The notes under the pieces are model-generated. The model was not told where the DNA came from, searched no databases, and saw only the letters and a list, made by a program, of their open reading frames with translations. This document shows, piece by piece, positions 31,041 through 41,395 of a stretch of 64,000 nt of DNA; the stretch's first letter is position 1; each line of letters begins with the position of its first letter. The stretch spans positions 3,117-67,116 of the forward strand of contig CAZXSD010000002.1 of assembly GCA_964642985.1 (NCBI GenBank), given 5' to 3'. Origin of the DNA: an uncultured Sulfurimonas sp. GTDB lineage: Bacteria; Campylobacterota; Campylobacteria; Campylobacterales; Sulfurimonadaceae. The position numbers were made by a program, and so were the translations under genes.

Positions 31041-32216
31041 TTACGTTCTATAATCAGCATTAATTTTAACATACTCATATCCTAAGTCACAACCAAAAGA
31101 GATAAATTTTCCATCAGCTACACCTAAATCACAAGAGATACTAAACTCGGCTTTTTTCATCACTTGAGATGCTTTTTCTTCCATCGTATCATCAAATAGA
31201 AGTGTACCTTTCTCATAAACACAAAGTTCATCAAAAGAGATACTGAGAGTTTCTTCACTACACTCTACTCCACTTGCACCTACTGTTGAAGCTATACGTC
31301 CCCAATTTGGGTCTTCTCCATAAAGTGCAGTTTTTACTAAAAGAGAATCTGAAAGTGCTTTAGCAACTTTCTCAGCTTCTCTGTCATCTTTTGCACCTGT
31401 TATATTATAAGTCACTAACTTTGTAGCACCCTCTCCATCTCTTACCATCTCTCGGGCTAAGAAAAGCATTATTTTATGAAGAGCCTCTTTAAAGGCATCA
31501 GCATTATAAACTCCACTTTTAGCATTTGAAAGAAGCATTACCGTATCATTTGTAGAGGTGTCACCATCTACACTTGCAGCATTAAAAGTTGTTTTTGTAA
31601 CCTCATCTAAAATAGTTTGCATCTCATCTTTAGAAACATCAGCATCAGTTGTGATAAAACAAAGCATAGTAGCCATAGCAGGATTTATCATACCTGCACC
31701 TTTAGCCATTGCACCGATATTAAAACTACTACCATCTTCAAGTTTAACTTTAAACGCTATCTCTTTTGAGAAAGTATCCGTTGTCATTATCGCTTGTGAT
31801 GCTGAGTTTGGTTCTTTTGAAGAAAAATTAAAGAGTTTTGCACCAGCTATAATTTTCTCTTTTGGTAAACGAACACCGATAACACCTGTTGAACTCATTA
31901 ATGGATTGGTAACATTAGGAATAGTTTGTAAAATCTCTTCTATATCTGTTATTCCTGCTTTTCCTGTCATAGCGTTTGCATTTTTAGAGTTTATTAATAC
32001 AAAATTTGTTTTAAAACCACCCTGCTTTAAAAAATGTTTTATTGGTGATGCATTCATTTTATTTGTTGTAAATACAGACGCTATCTCACAAAGAGTATCA
32101 CTATAAATAAATGCCATATCTTTTGCACCATCTGGTTTTAATCCAGCACTAATTCCATCTGCAAAAAAACCCTCTGCACTACATACACCATCTTTATTTT
32201 CTATTAATTTATACAA
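31041..32216 (-). CDS. argJ: Ornithine acetyltransferase / N-acetylglutamate synthase
   Basis: [39 protein letters not shown]. Confidence 0.96.
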   Translation of the reverse strand: MYKLIENKDGVCSAEGFFADGISAGLKPDGAKDMAFIYSDTLCEIASVFTTNKMNASPIKHFLKQGGFKTNFVLINSKNANAMTGKAGITDIEEILQTIPNVTNPLMSSTGVIGVRLPKEKIIAGAKLFNFSSKEPNSASQAIMTTDTFSKEIAFKVKLEDGSSFNIGAMAKGAGMINPAMATMLCFITTDADVSKDEMQTILDEVTKTTFNAASVDGDTSTNDTVMLLSNAKSGVYNADAFKEALHKIMLFLAREMVRDGEGATKLVTYNITGAKDDREAEKVAKALSDSLLVKTALYGEDPNWGRIASTVGASGVECSEETLSISFDELCVYEKGTLLFDDTMEEKASQVMKKAEFSISCDLGVADGKFISFGCDLGYEYVKINADYRT

Positions 32217-33339
32217 ATTTTAACTCCTTAGGTTTCTCTCTACTTTTCATTAACTCTTTTGTTATATTAATACCTTTTTGTGTTCCAATTATAAGAAGTT
32301 TACAATCACAAGTTATTAAGGTATCTCCTTTTGGCATAGATAAAAATTTTCCATCTTTTTTTGTTATTCCAATAACTGAACAGTTTGTAATCTGACGAAT
32401 ATGTGTCTCTTTTAATTTTCTTAAAACTGCCCAACTATATTTTGGGATAATAATCTCTTGCATATCTAAAGGGTTGTCATTTTTATATAAAAATTCTTCT
32501 AATAAATTTTCCATATCGGGACGTGCTGCCATTGCACTTACACGCTGTGCTGTTAATTTTGTTGGAGAAACTACGGTATCTGCACCTAATTTTTTAAGTT
32601 TTTCAACATCACTCATACTCTCAGCAGCTGAAATAACATAATAGGGACGTGGAAGAAAATGCTCTTTTTCAAACAATCTTACGGATGCTATTAATGCTAT
32701 ATTGTCTGCTATTGAATTAGAAAGTGTAATAAGACCTTTTGCTGAAGCTAAATGTGCTTTTAACATCGCTAACTCTGCATGAGGTTCAGCTTGTAAATAT
32801 ATCGGATATTTATATTCTATCGCCCATTCATGAATCTCGGGTCTTGGGTCTATGACAACAAAAGGAATATGGTTTTCACGGAGTTGTTTCGTTACTTCTA
32901 TTGTATACTCATTATGATAGCAAACAACATAATGTTTTTTTAATCGTGCTATTTTATATAGCATTTGACGCTCCTTTAAAATAGCAACAATGTTCCCTCT
33001 ATTTAACTCTGCAATCATGATACCAACAGCACTAGAAAAAGTTGCAAATCCAGCGATAATAAGAGTGATTGTAAATATTCTTCCAGCATCAGAGACTGGT
33101 GCTATCTCTCCAAATCCTACTGTTGTAAATGTTATACCTGTTTGATATATCGCATCCATAAGAGCAAAATTATCAATAACAACATAACCTAAAGTACCTA
33201 CCATCATAGTAAGAACAGTTAAAATAAGAGGTAAACGGAATGGTTTTAAATGAGGGTAAACTTCAGGAAGAAGCTTGTCATCTGGCTTGGGAGAAACCTC
33301 CCAATGCAGAGTATTTCGAATCCTTGATAAAAGATTCAA
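32209..33339 (-). CDS. Potassium channel with RCK (TrkA-N/C) domains
   Basis: Selectivity filter TTVGFG between two TM helices; C-terminal RCK domains. Confidence 0.88.
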   Translation of the reverse strand: MNLLSRIRNTLHWEVSPKPDDKLLPEVYPHLKPFRLPLILTVLTMMVGTLGYVVIDNFALMDAIYQTGITFTTVGFGEIAPVSDAGRIFTITLIIAGFATFSSAVGIMIAELNRGNIVAILKERQMLYKIARLKKHYVVCYHNEYTIEVTKQLRENHIPFVVIDPRPEIHEWAIEYKYPIYLQAEPHAELAMLKAHLASAKGLITLSNSIADNIALIASVRLFEKEHFLPRPYYVISAAESMSDVEKLKKLGADTVVSPTKLTAQRVSAMAARPDMENLLEEFLYKNDNPLDMQEIIIPKYSWAVLRKLKETHIRQITNCSVIGITKKDGKFLSMPKGDTLITCDCKLLIIGTQKGINITKELMKSREKPKELKFV

Positions 33340-33348
33340 TGTTATTTC

Positions 33349-33537
33349 CTAAGAGTTTTTCTTAAGTGTACGAAGTTCTCTTGCAGAAATTTTAATTTTT
33401 TTAGTAGTACCATCTTCTAAAGTGATACGTACTGTTCTAAGATTTAATAAGAAACGACGTTTCGTTCTGTTTTTTGCGTGAGAAACATTGTTTCCGCTCA
33501 TTGGGCCTTTGCCACTGATAGCACATTTTCTTGCCAT
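33349..33537 (-). CDS. rpmB: 50S ribosomal protein L28
   Basis: [29 protein letters not shown]. Confidence 0.97.
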   Translation of the reverse strand: MARKCAISGKGPMSGNNVSHAKNRTKRRFLLNLRTVRITLEDGTTKKIKISARELRTLKKNS

Positions 33538-33573
33538 TTTAGATTCCTTAGTTTAGGGTTTTAAAAGTTGCGA

Positions 33574-33579
33574 ATTATA
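33574..33579 (-). promoter_or_regulatory. -10 box of the rpmB transcription unit
   Basis: TATAAT on the - strand ~36 nt upstream of the rpmB ATG, with an AAGGA RBS in between. Confidence 0.55.
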
Positions 33580-33683
33580 CCCAAAATAATCCAAAGCTGA
33601 ACTTAATCCATTTTTTTTTAAACAGTTTTAATACTTTAACAGATAGAATAAACAAATAAATAAAATAAAAAATGTGAGTTTTT

Positions 33684-34481
33684 ATGATTACAACAAAAAA
33701 GATAGATCTATATATTGATAAAATTCCTCCTTTACAAACAATACTAGTAGAAACATTAAAACTTTTAAACATGGGAGAACTATTAAAAGCCTCTTTAGTC
33801 GCAAAAGATGACTTAGCATTGAGTGCATATCTTATAAGCTTAGTAAATAAACCTATTTATGGTTTTAAAAATAGGATTAATGATATATCTCAAATATTTT
33901 CGATTTTAGGTGTTGCAGGTTCAAAACAGACTGTTTATAACTATATGATAAATCTTTTATCCCCTGACCAATGGTCATTTTTTCAACTCTCAAGACCACT
34001 GTTTAATACTCTTCAAGCTGAACTCTCTACAAGTTGGAAAAAAATAATAACTCACTTAAATATTAAAGATAAAAACATTGAAAGTTCTATCGCTTTATTA
34101 CCAGCAAGTATTATCGTCGCAGAAGCTATCTTTAATGAAAAAAAAGAGGATATAGAGATTATTCGAGCTAATGCAGATATAGATTTAAACACTATACTCA
34201 AAAGATTAACAAAATTTGATCTTTTCGATATTTGTGAACAGATAGCTGTAAAATGGCAGATGTCAAATAAGATTTCTCAAATAATTCAATCCTCTTCAGG
34301 AATTAAACCATCTTCTGATGATAGTATCAATAATATTGCAAAATGGATGCATCTATTACTGTTTTACACTCTCTCAAAAAATAGTTTTATTGAATCGGGA
34401 CTGAATGATTTTATAAATTTTGAGATTGAATATGTATCTGATATATATGATGATTTTAGTGATGTAATGGAGATAAGATGA
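33684..34481 (+). CDS. HDOD-domain protein
   Basis: IPPL, D..L....I.LVN.P.YG and ILG pattern, W helix near the C-terminus; the HD residues are not evident. Confidence 0.7.
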   Translation: MITTKKIDLYIDKIPPLQTILVETLKLLNMGELLKASLVAKDDLALSAYLISLVNKPIYGFKNRINDISQIFSILGVAGSKQTVYNYMINLLSPDQWSFFQLSRPLFNTLQAELSTSWKKIITHLNIKDKNIESSIALLPASIIVAEAIFNEKKEDIEIIRANADIDLNTILKRLTKFDLFDICEQIAVKWQMSNKISQIIQSSSGIKPSSDDSINNIAKWMHLLLFYTLSKNSFIESGLNDFINFEIEYVSDIYDDFSDVMEIR

Positions 34482-35872
34482 GAGCAGTTGTAAAAGATGG
34501 AATAGCCGTATTTAAACCTCAAGGTTTTTTAGATGGGAATGGTGGTGATTATTTTATTAATTTGGATGATATAAATGCTACTATAAAACTTGATGTTTCT
34601 ATGATTTTAGTTTCTTTGGAAAAAGTTATTTTCTTTAATAGGAATGGATTAAATATATTTGTTAAAATGTTTCAAAGAATTAATGAAGCAAAGGAAATTA
34701 TAGTCGGTTTTTGTGATTGTGATACAAAAAAATATACTACAATTACTAAATTTTATAAAAATAATTTATCATTTTCTCTTTTTAATACATACAAAACAGC
34801 CTCTCTTTTTTCATCAACATATAATGATACAAAGAAAAATATTCTACTCTATAGTGATGATAAATCTCAAAGAACAGCTATGGCTATACAACTTCATGAT
34901 TTGGGACATCATCCAATAATAGCGCAAGATGAAAAAGATTTTAATGAGAAAAAGAAAAATAACTCCTCTTATGATGTGATTATCGAACAAACTATTTTAT
35001 CTCAAATGAGTGATAAAATGCATACTCGAGTAACAGGAAATGCTATTATTTATACTGTTTCATCCTTTTTAGATTCGAGTGTTGGTAACAGTTTTAATAT
35101 TCAATACCATCAAAATTCTCTTAATATAGGATTTCGATTATTTATATTTGATGCTTATAAAGTTTCAGCAATGAATGTTCATGCTTTAACTTTTTTCTCA
35201 AAACTTGCTTCCTCTAGTGCTGAATATAATGCAACTATCTGTTTTGCAGGATTAACATTTGATAAAATTCCTCCTGCTTTTAAAGAGTCTTTAGAGGATT
35301 CTGGAATTATATTCTATGAAAATATGGACGATATTCTCAAAAATAAAGAACTGCTGCATGAACTTACACATGGTGGTTCAATAAATATTAAAAATACAAG
35401 AGCTATTAATAAAAAAATTATTACTAAACTACCAGACTTTATTCAATCAACAGTTTCCACAATAGAGATGATGACAAATGCAAAAGCGATAAAAGAAGCT
35501 GTAAATGTAAATAGTATTGTTATCGATATAAAAGAAAATAAAATTGCTAGTTCTATCGGTTTTTATGGAGAGATAGATGGTATGATAATATTAGTTTTTC
35601 CAACAGAGATAGCCCAAAAAGCTTGTGAACTTCTCATAGGCGAAAAAACTGATGATATGGAACTTATTTTAGACTCACTAGCCGAATTAGTAAATATTGT
35701 TGGTGGTAAAATTAAAACTTTATTATCAACGAACAATATTTCTGTCAATATTACACTCCCAAGAACTTACTCAAATATAGATGATTTAATTGAGGTTATA
35801 GATACAAAAAGAGGTATTCAAGTAGATTTATCCTTTGATAATGATAAGTTTTTATTCTTTTTAACAAGATAA
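34478..35872 (+). CDS. Multidomain CheX-family phosphatase (STAS-like, REC-like, STAS-like, CheX)
   Basis: C-terminal IGFYGEIDG...DSLAELVNIVGG (E-x-x-N) ITLP; ATGA overlap with the HDOD gene. Confidence 0.75.
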   Translation: MRAVVKDGIAVFKPQGFLDGNGGDYFINLDDINATIKLDVSMILVSLEKVIFFNRNGLNIFVKMFQRINEAKEIIVGFCDCDTKKYTTITKFYKNNLSFSLFNTYKTASLFSSTYNDTKKNILLYSDDKSQRTAMAIQLHDLGHHPIIAQDEKDFNEKKKNNSSYDVIIEQTILSQMSDKMHTRVTGNAIIYTVSSFLDSSVGNSFNIQYHQNSLNIGFRLFIFDAYKVSAMNVHALTFFSKLASSSAEYNATICFAGLTFDKIPPAFKESLEDSGIIFYENMDDILKNKELLHELTHGGSINIKNTRAINKKIITKLPDFIQSTVSTIEMMTNAKAIKEAVNVNSIVIDIKENKIASSIGFYGEIDGMIILVFPTEIAQKACELLIGEKTDDMELILDSLAELVNIVGGKIKTLLSTNNISVNITLPRTYSNIDDLIEVIDTKRGIQVDLSFDNDKFLFFLTR

Positions 35873-35908
35873 TTTGATAATATTAGACACTCATAAAAAA
35901 GGAAGAAA

Positions 35909-36550
35909 ATGAAAGTAGCTCCAAGTGTATTATCTGCTGATTTTGGCAATCTACAACGTGATGTAGAAGAGATTTGTAATGGCGGTTGTGACTTTGTTCA
36001 TGTAGATGTTATGGATGGTCACTTTGTACCAAACCTTACAATAGGACCTGTTGTAGTTTCGGCTATCGCGCAATGTGCTACAAAACCTTTAGATATTCAT
36101 CTTATGGTTGAAAACAACACATTTTTTGTGGAACTCTTTGCTCCACTTAAACCTGAATATATATCTTTTCATATTGAAGAGGAGAAACATCCTCATAGAC
36201 TTATTCAAAAAATTCGTTCTTTAGGGATTAAACCAGCTATCGTTTTAAATCCTCATACTCCACCTGAAGCTGTTGAATATCTTTTAGAAGATTTAGATAT
36301 GGTTTTATTAATGAGTGTAAATCCTGGTTTTGGTGGTCAAAGCTTTATTGAGTCTGTTATACCAAAAGCAAAAAAATTGAATGAGATGAGAAATAGAATT
36401 AACCCTAACTGTCTTATAGAAGTAGATGGTGGTGTCAATGATAAAAATATTCAAACACTTAAAGATGCTGGTGTAGATATAGTTGTAGCTGGTTCTTATG
36501 TTTTTAAACAAGAAGATAGAGCAAGTGCCATTAAAAGTTTACAAATTTAA
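35909..36550 (+). CDS. rpe: Ribulose-phosphate 3-epimerase
   Basis: HVDVMDGHFVPN, MSVNPGFGGQ, EVDGG. Confidence 0.97.
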   Translation: MKVAPSVLSADFGNLQRDVEEICNGGCDFVHVDVMDGHFVPNLTIGPVVVSAIAQCATKPLDIHLMVENNTFFVELFAPLKPEYISFHIEEEKHPHRLIQKIRSLGIKPAIVLNPHTPPEAVEYLLEDLDMVLLMSVNPGFGGQSFIESVIPKAKKLNEMRNRINPNCLIEVDGGVNDKNIQTLKDAGVDIVVAGSYVFKQEDRASAIKSLQI

Positions 36551-37134
36551 TGCGTACAAAAATTTGTGGAATAACATCTTATAAAGATGCTATGATAGCG
36601 ATAGATTCAGGAGCTGATGCTCTTGGATTTGTTTTTTATGAAAAATCTCCTAGAAATATCTCTATAGAAGATGCAAAAGAGATAATTCAACAACTTCCTC
36701 CATTTATTGAAAAAGTAGCACTTTTTGTAAATGTTAATGCTCAAACTATTAATGATACTTGTCAAAAAACTGGTGCAACCTTAGCACAACTCCATTTTGA
36801 GGTAGATGAAAAACTTTATAATGCTTTAACAGTTCCACATATTAAAGTTATCAGAGCAAGTTCAAAAGAGGATATTTTACAATATCCAGATGAATATAAA
36901 TTAGTAGATGCTTACTGTGAAGCTTATGGTGGAGCAGGTAAACGTATAAATATAGAGTGGTTTGATGATATAGATTGTTCTAAAATTATTCTTGCTGGTG
37001 GTCTTAATAGCTCTAATGTTGCATCACTTAAAAAATATAATTTTTTTGGTGTAGATGTTAGTAGTGGTGTTGAAGAGAGTAAAGGGATTAAAAATCCTCA
37101 AAAAGTAAAAGAGTTTATTCACAATGCTCACTGA
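36550..37134 (+). CDS. trpF: Phosphoribosylanthranilate isomerase
   Basis: KICGIT, QLH, LAGGL, DVSSGVE. Confidence 0.95.
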   Translation: MRTKICGITSYKDAMIAIDSGADALGFVFYEKSPRNISIEDAKEIIQQLPPFIEKVALFVNVNAQTINDTCQKTGATLAQLHFEVDEKLYNALTVPHIKVIRASSKEDILQYPDEYKLVDAYCEAYGGAGKRINIEWFDDIDCSKIILAGGLNSSNVASLKKYNFFGVDVSSGVEESKGIKNPQKVKEFIHNAH

Positions 37135-37942
37135 ATTTCCTCTTGATAAAAAAAGTATATCTCGACTTGCATCAAGAGGCTTATCTCTTCACTCTATTCG
37201 TTCTCAACTTGATGATGGTTTAGATTTTTCTCTTGAACTATGGAGAGCGCAAGGTTTAAATATTGTAAAAAAGCGAGGATACTTCTATTTTGATACAAAA
37301 TTTACACCTATAGATAAAGCAGAATTTTGTATAGTAGATATAGAAACAAATGGTTCTCATCTTGATAGGCATCAGATAATAGAACTCTCTGCCATTAAAG
37401 TTATCAATGGTGAAATAACAGATAGATTTGATACCCTTGTTAAGTGCAATGTTATAAATGAACATATTACAAGAATTACAGGTATAAGTGCAGAAGATAC
37501 GAAAGATGCTCCAGCTTTAAAAGATGTACTTTATGATTTTAAACTCTTTTTAGGTGATGCGATATTTATAGCACATGATGTAAAATTTGATTATAGATTT
37601 ATATCTGGCTCTTTTGAGATGGTAGGACTAGAACCTCTTTTAAATAGAAGTTTATGCTCTTTAGCACTTGCTGAAAGAACGGTGGTATCATTTAGGTATG
37701 CTCTTTCTTATCTCAATGATTTTTATAATCTTAATCCAAATGCAACACATCATAGAGCGATGAGTGATGTTTTAACTACATTTGGTTTATTTAAGATGTC
37801 ATTAAAAAATTGTACAGAACATATTAATAATGTTGAAGATTTAATAAAGTTTTCAAAAGATGCACCGAGACTTAAACGTCCTAAGTTTGACCCTTTAAAA
37901 AAAGTTGAAGAGAAAAAAAAAGATGAAGAGAGTAAAGAGTAA
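37124..37942 (+). CDS. DEDDh 3'-5' exonuclease (DnaQ-like)
   Basis: DIETNG, AH...FD, HRAMSD. Confidence 0.88.
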   Translation: MLTEFPLDKKSISRLASRGLSLHSIRSQLDDGLDFSLELWRAQGLNIVKKRGYFYFDTKFTPIDKAEFCIVDIETNGSHLDRHQIIELSAIKVINGEITDRFDTLVKCNVINEHITRITGISAEDTKDAPALKDVLYDFKLFLGDAIFIAHDVKFDYRFISGSFEMVGLEPLLNRSLCSLALAERTVVSFRYALSYLNDFYNLNPNATHHRAMSDVLTTFGLFKMSLKNCTEHINNVEDLIKFSKDAPRLKRPKFDPLKKVEEKKKDEESKE

Positions 37943-37944
37943 TT

Positions 37945-38895
37945 TTACTTACTCTCCTCACTCTCTTTAAAAGCACCTGGACTTACCAGTTTTTTATATC
38001 TAGCATCCATTCTATCTTCATCACTCATAGCACGAAGTTTAGCTAGTTCAGAAGTAAAATAGTTAGAGATAGCATCGGCAGCACCTTTTCTATCTCTATG
38101 CGCACCAATTAAGGGTTCATCTAAAACATCATCAATTAAGTCAAGTTCTAATAAATCACCACTTGTAATTTTCATCGCATTTGTTGCAGCTTCAGCTTTT
38201 TTAGGATCGTTCCATAAAATTGCTGAACAGCCCTCTGGAGAGATTACACTAAATACAGAATAGCGCATCATAGCAAATTTATCAGCAACACCGATAGCTA
38301 AAGCACCACCAGAACCACCCTCTCCGATAACGATAGAGATAGTAGGAATATTGAGTTCAGCTAACTCGATTAAGTTTCTTGCTATCGCTTCACTCTGATT
38401 TCTTTCCTCTGCTCCGATACCTGGATATGCACCAGGAGTATCAACTAACATTAAAAGAGGAATATTAAACTTTTCAGCTAATTTTGCTGCACGAAGAGCT
38501 TTTCTATACCCTTCTGGATTTGGCATACCAAAGTTACGCTTTAACTTATTTTTAGTACCACGTCCCTTCTGTTCACCAATAACCATAACTTTTTCTTTAT
38601 TAATATAACCCATATAACAAACAATAGCATGGTCATCACGAAAATGTCTATCTCCATGAATCTCATACTTATCTGTTACAATTTCATTAATATAATCAAG
38701 AGCATAAGGTCTATCAATATGTCTAGCTAACTGAAGTTTTTGAAAGTCTGTTAACTTTGCATAAATTTTTCTAACTTCTTTATCCAATCTTGTTTTTAAA
38801 AATTCAACTGTTTCATCATCATGACGTACTCTAGCCGTTATTATCTCTTCTTGAATAGATTTGATTTTTTTTTCAAAACTTAAATATGTAGCCAA
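37945..38895 (-). CDS. accA: Acetyl-CoA carboxylase carboxyltransferase alpha
   Basis: [28 protein letters not shown]. Confidence 0.97.
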   Translation of the reverse strand: MATYLSFEKKIKSIQEEIITARVRHDDETVEFLKTRLDKEVRKIYAKLTDFQKLQLARHIDRPYALDYINEIVTDKYEIHGDRHFRDDHAIVCYMGYINKEKVMVIGEQKGRGTKNKLKRNFGMPNPEGYRKALRAAKLAEKFNIPLLMLVDTPGAYPGIGAEERNQSEAIARNLIELAELNIPTISIVIGEGGSGGALAIGVADKFAMMRYSVFSVISPEGCSAILWNDPKKAEAATNAMKITSGDLLELDLIDDVLDEPLIGAHRDRKGAADAISNYFTSELAKLRAMSDEDRMDARYKKLVSPGAFKESEESK

Positions 38896-38912
38896 ATTAC
38901 ATCCTTCTATTA

Positions 38913-40127
38913 CTAGATTTTTTTAAAGATAAGAACACCATTTGTTCCACCAAAACCAAAAGAGTTACTCATAACAATATTTAAGTCAGCTTTTCTAGCA
39001 CCCTCAGTCACATAATCTAAATTACAATTTTCATCTTGAGTTGTATAGTTAATAGTCGGAGGAATGATACCATCTCTCATAGCCATTAAACAAGTAACTG
39101 CTTCTATACCACCAGCTGCACCTAGACAATGCCCTATTTGACCTTTAATAGAGCTAACTGGAGGACAAGTATCAGCCCCTAGTAACTCTTTTAGTGCTGC
39201 TGTTTCATTTTTATCATTGATAGGTGTAGAAGTACCGTGAGCATTTACATAATCAATTTTAGGTTCACCTGCCATTTTATAAGCAGCTTTCATAGCACGA
39301 GCTGGACCATCAAGAGATGGTGTAGTGATATGGTTTGCATCACCACTTTCACCGAAACCAATAATCTCACCATAGATGTTAGCACCACGAGCTACTGCAT
39401 CTTCATAAACTTCAAGTACAAGTGCTGCCGCACCCTCACCCATAACAAAACCATCACGATTTGCATCAAAAGGACGAGAAGATGTTTTTGGATCATCATT
39501 TCTAGTAGAGAGTGCTTTCATAGCAGCGAAACCACCAACACCTGCACCAGTTACAGCACATTCAGCAGATACTACAAGCATCTTATCAGCACCACCGACC
39601 ATGATAGTCTTTACTGCTTCACTAATAGAGTGAGTTCCAGCAGCACAAGCAGTTACTGACGAAAGGTTTGGACCTTTTGTTCCATGCTCAATCGATACAA
39701 AACCACCAAGCATATTTACAAGTGCTCCTGGGATAAAGAAAGGAGAGATTCTTCTTGGTCCACGAGTTTCAATGATAATAGAGTTTTTTTCAATAGCAGG
39801 AAGTCCACCAATACCTGAACCTGCAGATATACCCATACGTTCCATATCTGTATCTTCAGGTAGCTTAGCATCAGCCATAGCTTCTTGAGCAGCTTTTAAA
39901 CCAAGATGAATAAATCTATCTGCTTTTTTAACCTCTTTTGGAGCCATTACAGTTGCTGGATCAAAATCTTTTACTTCACCAGCAATTTGAACAGAATATT
40001 TTTCTGCATCAAAAAGTGTTATTTTATCAATACCGCAAACACCATCACAAATAGCTTTGAAAGATGTCTCTTTATCATTTCCAACTGCATTTATCATGCC
40101 TAAACCTGTAACTACAACTCTTTTCAT
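38913..40127 (-). CDS. fabF: Beta-ketoacyl-ACP synthase II
   Basis: [25 protein letters not shown]. Confidence 0.96.
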   Translation of the reverse strand: MKRVVVTGLGMINAVGNDKETSFKAICDGVCGIDKITLFDAEKYSVQIAGEVKDFDPATVMAPKEVKKADRFIHLGLKAAQEAMADAKLPEDTDMERMGISAGSGIGGLPAIEKNSIIIETRGPRRISPFFIPGALVNMLGGFVSIEHGTKGPNLSSVTACAAGTHSISEAVKTIMVGGADKMLVVSAECAVTGAGVGGFAAMKALSTRNDDPKTSSRPFDANRDGFVMGEGAAALVLEVYEDAVARGANIYGEIIGFGESGDANHITTPSLDGPARAMKAAYKMAGEPKIDYVNAHGTSTPINDKNETAALKELLGADTCPPVSSIKGQIGHCLGAAGGIEAVTCLMAMRDGIIPPTINYTTQDENCNLDYVTEGARKADLNIVMSNSFGFGGTNGVLIFKKI

Positions 40128-40150
40128 TTATCTCTCCATAAAATATAATA

Positions 40151-40194
40151 ATGCTTTATAAAGTCCAATAATAATTATTGGACTCTAAAAACAT
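40151..40194 (-). terminator. Long stem-loop between acpP and fabF (terminator/attenuator or mRNA stabiliser)
   Basis: Perfect core AGTCCAATAAT-A-ATTATTGGACT (40162-40184), extended by G-U pairs on the - strand. Confidence 0.6.
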
Positions 40195-40206
40195 TTAGTT
40201 TTTTTA

Positions 40207-40434
40207 CTATTTGCTTTCGATATATTCTACTACATCTTTAACAGTTTGAATTTTTTCTGCTTCATCATCAGGAATTTCAATATCAAATTTCTCTTCGAAA
40301 GCCATTACTAATTCAACAACATCTAAACTATCAGCGCCTAAATCCTCTACGAATTTTGCATCATCTTTTACTTCATCAGCGTTAACGCCTAATTGCTCAA
40401 CTACTACTTCTTTAATATCATCTATAAGTGCCAT
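40207..40434 (-). CDS. acpP: Acyl carrier protein
   Basis: [12 protein letters not shown] phosphopantetheine motif. Confidence 0.98.
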   Translation of the reverse strand: MALIDDIKEVVVEQLGVNADEVKDDAKFVEDLGADSLDVVELVMAFEEKFDIEIPDDEAEKIQTVKDVVEYIESK

Positions 40435-40500
40435 ATTAGCTCCTGTTTTTTTAATTTAATCGCATAAGTATAACTATTTTAGCTTAAAAAAAGCCTTTAG

Positions 40501-41247
40501 CTATGCCATATTCATTCCACCATTTACTTTTAATGTTTCACCTGTTATATAACTAGAATGGTCAGAAAGTAAAAATGCAGTAGCTTCTGCAACTTCCTTT
40601 GCTTGACCCATACGTTTCATCGGTATTTTAGCGTTAATACCATCTTTAATTTCGTCACTTAATACACTTGTCATCTCTGTTGAAATAAATCCAGGTGTTA
40701 GAGCATTAAAACGGATACCACTTGTTGCAGCTTCTTGAGCAAAACTTTTAGTCATTGCATTCACACCACCCTTACTCGCAGCATAATTAGTTTGACCAGC
40801 ATTACCAGTTTCTCCAACAATAGAAGAGATATTTACAACAGCACCAAACTTCTTTTTTCTCATAACTTTCATAGATTCACGACAACCTACAAATGTAGCA
40901 GTAAGATTTGCATTGATAACAGACATAAAATCACTTGTTTTCATACGCATTGCAAGTTTATCATTTGTTATACCTGCATTGTTTACAAGATAAGAAAGTT
41001 CACCATCACTATCTACAATAGTTTTAATTGCATCTACAAATGCCGCTTCATCACTCACATCAAAACCGATAACAGCAGCATTTCCACCATCTGCTTCAAT
41101 AGCATCTTTAACAGCATCAGCCTCAACAGCTCCACTTCTATAATGAACCCATACTTTAAGACCAAAACTAGCTAAAGTTTTTGCTATCTCAGCACCAATA
41201 CCACGACTTGAACCTGTTACTAAAACATTTTTTCCACTAAATTTCAT
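40501..41247 (-). CDS. fabG: 3-oxoacyl-ACP reductase
   Basis: TGSSRGIG, NNAG, YAASK, VNGG. Confidence 0.96.
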   Translation of the reverse strand: MKFSGKNVLVTGSSRGIGAEIAKTLASFGLKVWVHYRSGAVEADAVKDAIEADGGNAAVIGFDVSDEAAFVDAIKTIVDSDGELSYLVNNAGITNDKLAMRMKTSDFMSVINANLTATFVGCRESMKVMRKKKFGAVVNISSIVGETGNAGQTNYAASKGGVNAMTKSFAQEAATSGIRFNALTPGFISTEMTSVLSDEIKDGINAKIPMKRMGQAKEVAEATAFLLSDHSSYITGETLKVNGGMNMA

Positions 41248-41395
41248 AATTATATATTTCCTTTTTTTAAGATTATACAGTTTTTTATTTTTAGAATTGA
41301 TATATTGTTGATTTTTGTTTGAATTGGCAGTTATTCTAGGGTAATATAGTTTTATCTATTTAGAATTCTATCACAAAAATAACAATTTTATAACG

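Noticed and set aside
31558-32106. 182-aa + strand ORF, and similar ones at 39237, 40735, 45658, 53198 and 16113
   Set aside because: Antisense to well-supported genes with no recognisable motifs; typical shadow ORFs arising from codon bias.
41300-41390. Imperfect inverted repeats between fabG and the ovoA 3' end
   Set aside because: Almost entirely A/T with gaps; not distinguishable from chance by eye.
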